From the NCBI GenBank assembly GCA_000004985.1, contig GG738852.1: a DNA stretch of 64,000 bases. One strand, written 5' to 3'. Within the stretch, counting starts at the first letter, position 1. Each line of letters opens with the position of its first letter. Below, piece after piece: positions 59,675 to 64,000 of the stretch. A program made the position numbers and the translations under genes. Source of the DNA: Naegleria gruberi (lineage: Eukaryota). A model generated the notes under the pieces. It ran no database searches and had not been told where the DNA came from. It was given only the letters and a program-made list of their open reading frames with translations.

Positions 59675-60691
59675 ATGCACGCACTCAGTCTAATAACAAT
59701 TCTTGATCATTTGATTTGTTATTCAGATGATGAATCAATATATAAATTATCACAATGTTCAAAAGATTGTCATGAATCAATTCATCAAATTAAAAGACGT
59801 CAATTATTTAAATTAATCAAGGATGGAAATATTCTTCATAATCAACACTTGAGATCAATTGAAAATATTGAATCAGTACATAATGAAGAAACGTTAAAAT
59901 TGTTAGAAATGATTAAAAGGAAAGAAGACGAATTGAAAATTATTTTGCCTTCCTATTTGAAGGAATTTATTTTAATTTGTGGAGATTTAGATTGTAGATT
60001 TACTCCACATTTAAATGGATATTATTCCTCACATCCTTGTTACAGTTTTATTCCCTTCCAAGAATGGGAATTTTTAAAAACTCATTTTCTGAAAATTCCA
60101 TCAAGAACAGAAATTGAAAAGAAATTTAAAGCTCACCAAAGAGATTCTTTAGTTATTGTTGGATATGATCCAATTACTCATTGTTGTTTATTATTAGAAT
60201 CTAATAGTGGTTTATTGTACGAATTTGGAAGGAACGAATTAACTAAATTTGGAAGTTTATTTGAATGGTATACAAAATTAAATAGTAACAAAACATTTAA
60301 ACATTCTATAAATAATAATCATCATTTGAATCAATTACAACATCCTGTTACAACAGTGGAATCAGCAATTAAATTATTAAAATTCAAATCAGGAGATTAC
60401 TCACAAATTTATAAATATTTACCAATTGATTTTAAAAAGAATGAACAACTAATTATGGAAGTAATGAAATCTGGATATGTAGAAAAATATATTCCTTTCA
60501 AATATAAAGATAATGCAGATTTCATGTTACAATACATTAAACAAAATTTAGATGCTTTCCAAATTTGTTCAGCCAGATTAAGATATGATATTGACTTTGT
60601 AAAGAGAGTTTTTGAAATTAATCCAAAAATTATTTATCAAAATAATTCAAGAGAATGGAATTTCAAAGTTAAACCTTTTATTGATGTATAA
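59675..60691 (+). CDS. Hypothetical protein with F-box-like N-terminus and DUF4116-like C-terminal repeats
   Basis: Single ORF with an A-run before the ATG. N-terminus LSLITILDHLICYSDDESIYKLSQCSKDCHESI. C-terminus NEQLIMEVMKSGYVEKYIPFKYKDNADFMLQYIKQNLDAFQICSARLRYDIDFVKRVFEINPKII resembles DUF4116 repeats. Confidence 0.55.
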   Translation: MHALSLITILDHLICYSDDESIYKLSQCSKDCHESIHQIKRRQLFKLIKDGNILHNQHLRSIENIESVHNEETLKLLEMIKRKEDELKIILPSYLKEFILICGDLDCRFTPHLNGYYSSHPCYSFIPFQEWEFLKTHFLKIPSRTEIEKKFKAHQRDSLVIVGYDPITHCCLLLESNSGLLYEFGRNELTKFGSLFEWYTKLNSNKTFKHSINNNHHLNQLQHPVTTVESAIKLLKFKSGDYSQIYKYLPIDFKKNEQLIMEVMKSGYVEKYIPFKYKDNADFMLQYIKQNLDAFQICSARLRYDIDFVKRVFEINPKIIYQNNSREWNFKVKPFIDV

Positions 60692-60740
60692 ATAAACAAC
60701 ATTTTAAAAAAGTTGAAAATTCAAGTTTAATTACAAAAGT

Positions 60741-61493
60741 TTATTTGCAAATCAATTGAAGAATCTTTTCCCTTAGATCTCTAACTTCCTCCTCGGAATA
60801 TCTCTGATAGAGACCATCCACATTCGGTGGACTACTCTCCCTACAATAGAATTCTCCTGGATAACTCTCTGGCACAACATCTGGATATTGTTGCAGGAAG
60901 AGAACTGTTGGCTCCTTTTCACTCACTTGGATGGTATGAATTTCATTCGGTGAAAGATCATAACTCTCGCCCACCTCACAATGATCAATATGATTCAAAT
61001 GAAGCAAGACCTTATTCAATCTCTCAAATTGATGTGTATGATGAAAATAAGCATACTTCCAATAGAGATCTGAATGATCTTCCTGAGCTTGTCTCTCCTC
61101 AAATACCAAATTCTTTAAACTTCCATTCAATACAGTTGTTTTAAAGTGATACCTGTGATTGTGTGGATTGGCAACATATCCCTTTCCATGCTCAACAGGA
61201 TCCAACAAGTAGACCTTCGTAGTAATATTACAACTTCTCTCCAAACATAAATAATTGACTCCCCTCACATGATAATCTTTAAATGAGTGTTCACACAACT
61301 TTTTCAATGGTAATTGCCTCAGCGACCTCTCCACATACAAACCATCCATCTGAAATACTCGATTTATCAATGTTGACATTTTTTTGTTATTGCTTTCATC
61401 AATCTCTAATTTGAATTCAAGCATCAAGGAACTTTGAAATTCGAACACGTCTTCTGATTGAAAATCAAAGATGATCAATAAATTCTTGCACAT
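60741..61493 (-). CDS. Hypothetical protein (possible cupin-like His-rich motif)
   Basis: The first genuine ATG is at 61493 (MCKNLLIIFDF..); the track start at 61559 is GTG. GYVANPHNHRYHF and SPNEIHTI are weakly cupin-like. Not verifiable here. Confidence 0.45.
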   Translation of the reverse strand: MCKNLLIIFDFQSEDVFEFQSSLMLEFKLEIDESNNKKMSTLINRVFQMDGLYVERSLRQLPLKKLCEHSFKDYHVRGVNYLCLERSCNITTKVYLLDPVEHGKGYVANPHNHRYHFKTTVLNGSLKNLVFEERQAQEDHSDLYWKYAYFHHTHQFERLNKVLLHLNHIDHCEVGESYDLSPNEIHTIQVSEKEPTVLFLQQYPDVVPESYPGEFYCRESSPPNVDGLYQRYSEEEVRDLREKILQLICK

Positions 61494-62119
61494 ATTAATG
61501 TTTTCCTCATCATCGTGGTCTCTTCGGTTTTTGTTCCGTAACCACCAGCCAGCAGCCACTTAGAAAGCCTTCATCATCACTTCTGCCAACTATTCAATGG
61601 ATTGTTTTTTTGCGGCAAAGTGCAAAATGCAAAGACGTGTTCTTAACGTTGATGAAAAAGTAGGTGCAAAAAAAATTCTCTCTTCTACACCTACCTCATA
61701 GTTTTTCAAACTTTTTTGACAAGTTCTTGTTGTTGTTTTGTGGTTTTCCTCTAAATTCCTACTACTATTACTACTCCTTTTTTAAATTATTATCAACTAT
61801 AAACCTTCCGCTCTTCATCAATATATTGACGCGAAAGGACCTACAAACTCTATCTATTTTTTAATTCTTTCAAATACAACAATTTTGTTACGTGTGCTCG
61901 TAAACTCGATACAAATTCATAATCACTAATTAGAGCCGAGTTTAGATCATTATTTACCTATAATTTCTCTCAGACTCTACTGTAGATGCCTTAACTTATT
62001 TAATATGACAATCAATTATAATTCAAACCACCATCACAAAACAACAACACCATCATCACATCTTTCTTCATCTTAAAACACCTTTTGAACAAATTTACAA
62101 TAACAATAATAATTTCAAT

Positions 62120-64000
62120 ATGGCACCAAAACATAAACCAAAGAATAATAACAAACCTAAAAACACACCGAGTAATAACACCAAGAGGCAGGATCACTCT
62201 GATCCTTCTCAGACAGGTGTTAACAAAACCAGTAATAATAACGCAATGTCAGGTATGTAATATTATACTTTTCACTGTTGATTAACCATTCTGTTTAGAA
62301 CCTAATGTACAGGGAAGATCTTTTAATTCTAATAATCAAGCCAATAGTAATAATGGTAATAACAATATTAGGAGAAATACAAGCACTTCTTCTATCACAA
62401 GTACTGACAGCAATTCGAGTAATGATGGATCTAATTCTCCACTTCCTAGAAGGAACAATACAAATTCTTTGAAGAAGAATAATCTATCAAACAACAACAA
62501 CATATCACCAACTTCTCCTAGTACTCATCAAATTAAGAGAAAACAACACGTTCCACCTCCTTTGAATACTAATTTAACACCAAAACCTAGTGAGAGGATT
62601 GAACTTGTATGGAACTGTTTAAAATCACCACTTAAACCACCAGTAAGAGGGTTTCACTCTTGTACACTAGTGGGCGATAAACTTTATATTATTGGAGGTG
62701 ATAATAGAGTGGAACACTTTAAGGATGTTTGCATTTATGATTTGAGTAAGTTTGTTCTTTTTGAAAAACAAATTGATTAACAAATTTTGATAGAAACCAA
62801 TTATTGGATTAAACTATCAGAAAATTCAAATCTTCCAATGCCTAGAACAGGCCACTCAGCAGTACTGTATCAAGATAAATTGTATTTATTTGGTGGAAAA
62901 AACGAAAACTATTACACCTCTGATCTATTTATTTACGATCTGAGGGAAAAACTATGGGACAAAGACGTACAACCCCACAATAAGAAAGTAAGTCTGACAC
63001 CAAGAGCAGCACATAGCTGCTGTTGTGTAGACGATAAAATGTATATATTCGGAGGTATCACATCATATCAAGCTAATGACGGCAGAAAAGCAAGTGAATA
63101 TATTGATGTATTATCTATGTATGATATTAGTCAAAGAAGGTGGAAAAAACCAAAAAATAAGGGTGCAGCACCTTCTGCACGTGCCGGTCATTCTTGTTGT
63201 GTTATCAACAGAGACATTTACATTTTTGGAGGAAGACAAGGAACAATTCTTTTCAATGATTTGTACAAGTATAATGTAGATTCTGAAAAATGGTCTAAAA
63301 TACAAACTAAAGGTGAGGCTCCTCAACCAAGTGCTGGACATACAATGAGTGCTTACATGGATAAGATTGTAATTCTAGGAGGTTCTGATTGGAAGAAATA
63401 TCCAACAGAAATTTATGTATTCCACATTCCAAGTAAGGTTTGGGTAAAATGCGCCTCACTCGGAATTACCACTGGTAGATTTTGGCATACAGCCACTGTC
63501 TATGAGGACAATCTTTATGTTTACGGAGGTGGTACAGTTGAACTCATTGACGATATTTATTCAATCAACTTGAGATCATTGAATGCCATTTCTGAAGCTA
63601 CTGCACTGACACCTCAAAGTTCAGCGTCTCCTGTTCCACTACCAGAAATGCCACTTCAAACATTCGCATCAGCGCTCAAATTTAAAACTATTTATAAGGC
63701 TGAGATGAGAGTGTTTGCAAAAGTTCCAAGAGATGTCACCTACTTGGAATTAAAAGAAACCATCAGCAAATCATATGGTTTCCCAGTTGTACTCAAGTAT
63801 GTAGAGCTGGATGACGAAAAAGACGAAATAACCATTGGATCAGACCGAGAATTAAGAGATTTTATCGAATGCTTTGAAGAAATGGGTAAGGGTCTGAGAT
63901 TAGAGCTTAGCGAGGAAAGAGTTGAATCTGATAGTGATTCAGAAATTGATCAAGAAGAGGAAATTCAAGCAACCACTAACGGCACAGGCATAATGTGGAG
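62120..64000 (+). CDS. Kelch-repeat protein with a C-terminal PB1 domain (3' end beyond the window), at least 3 exons
   Basis: Exons 62120..62252, 62299..62745 and 62794..64000+ join in frame through introns 62253..62298 (46 nt) and 62746..62793 (48 nt). Exon 3 is open to the window edge and so is absent from the ORF track. Kelch blades: GFHSCTLVGDKLYIIGG, RTGHSAVLYQDKLYLFGG, RAAHSCCCVDDKMYIFGG, RAGHSCCVINRDIYIFGG, SAGHTMSAYMDKIVILGG, FWHTATVYEDNLYVYGG. PB1: LKFKTIYKAEMRVFAKVPRDVTYLELKETISKSYGFPVVLKYVELDDEKDEITIGSDRELRDFIECF. Confidence 0.8.

Noticed and set aside
1-64000. Prokaryotic or phage interpretation (operons, defence islands, CRISPR, mobile elements), as the task framing might suggest
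   Set aside because: Conserved proteins (PTEN, UBR1, ALKBH8, biotinidase, POLE2, Vta1, LdhA, PepE) are recovered only after removing canonical GT-AG introns. The gene content is eukaryotic (ESCRT, SCF/F-box, RGS, RhoGEF, Kelch, ANK). I saw no direct-repeat/spacer arrays, integrases, transposases, terminal inverted repeats, tRNA genes or rRNA genes.

Overview
This 64-kb window is eukaryotic nuclear DNA, not a prokaryotic, plasmid or phage segment. It is visibly AT-rich, uses the standard code, and is very gene-dense: about 40 protein-coding genes on both strands, most spacers only ~0.1-0.5 kb. Many pieces of the ORF track join in frame through canonical GT-AG introns with GTAAGT-type donors. 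Most introns I could place by hand are tiny (39-55 nt). Start codons usually follow an A-run, which let me correct several ORF-track starts that were really TTG/GTG. Two long ORFs run off the window edges (1..647 minus, 62120..64000 plus) and are missing from the track.

The genes are a housekeeping and signalling mix:
- Signalling and ubiquitin: PTEN-C2-TPR fusion, UBR1-type N-recognin, 7TM-RGS receptor, DH-PH RhoGEF, DEP protein, several F-box-like proteins, Kelch-PB1 protein.
- Enzymes and housekeeping: GT8 glycosyltransferase with a multi-TM tail, ALKBH8, biotinidase/vanin-type amidase, COX10, DNA polymerase epsilon subunit B, Vta1, MFS transporter, alpha/beta hydrolase.
- Bacterial-type genes: NahK-like kinase, D-lactate dehydrogenase, peptidase E, DUF302.
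- Surface or secreted: NHL-EGF surface protein, two antistasin-like secreted proteins.
- Unusual fusion: prolyl-hydroxylase-like/F-box/actin-fold protein.

The overall flavour suggests a free-living amoeboid protist. A Naegleria-like heterolobosean is my best guess, unverified. I could not support any rRNA, tRNA, CRISPR array, transposon or prophage.

The headline observation is an ankyrin-repeat gene (18728..20491, minus). Its repeat-encoding exons are linked by chains of 26 minimal GT-AG introns (39-55 nt, seven of them exactly 40 nt). These are separated by eighteen 3-nt micro-exons plus a few exons of 6, 15 and 48 nt. All are in phase 0, and they lie where the inter-repeat loops are encoded. 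The sequence pattern is directly visible; actual splicing is inferred and needs cDNA evidence.
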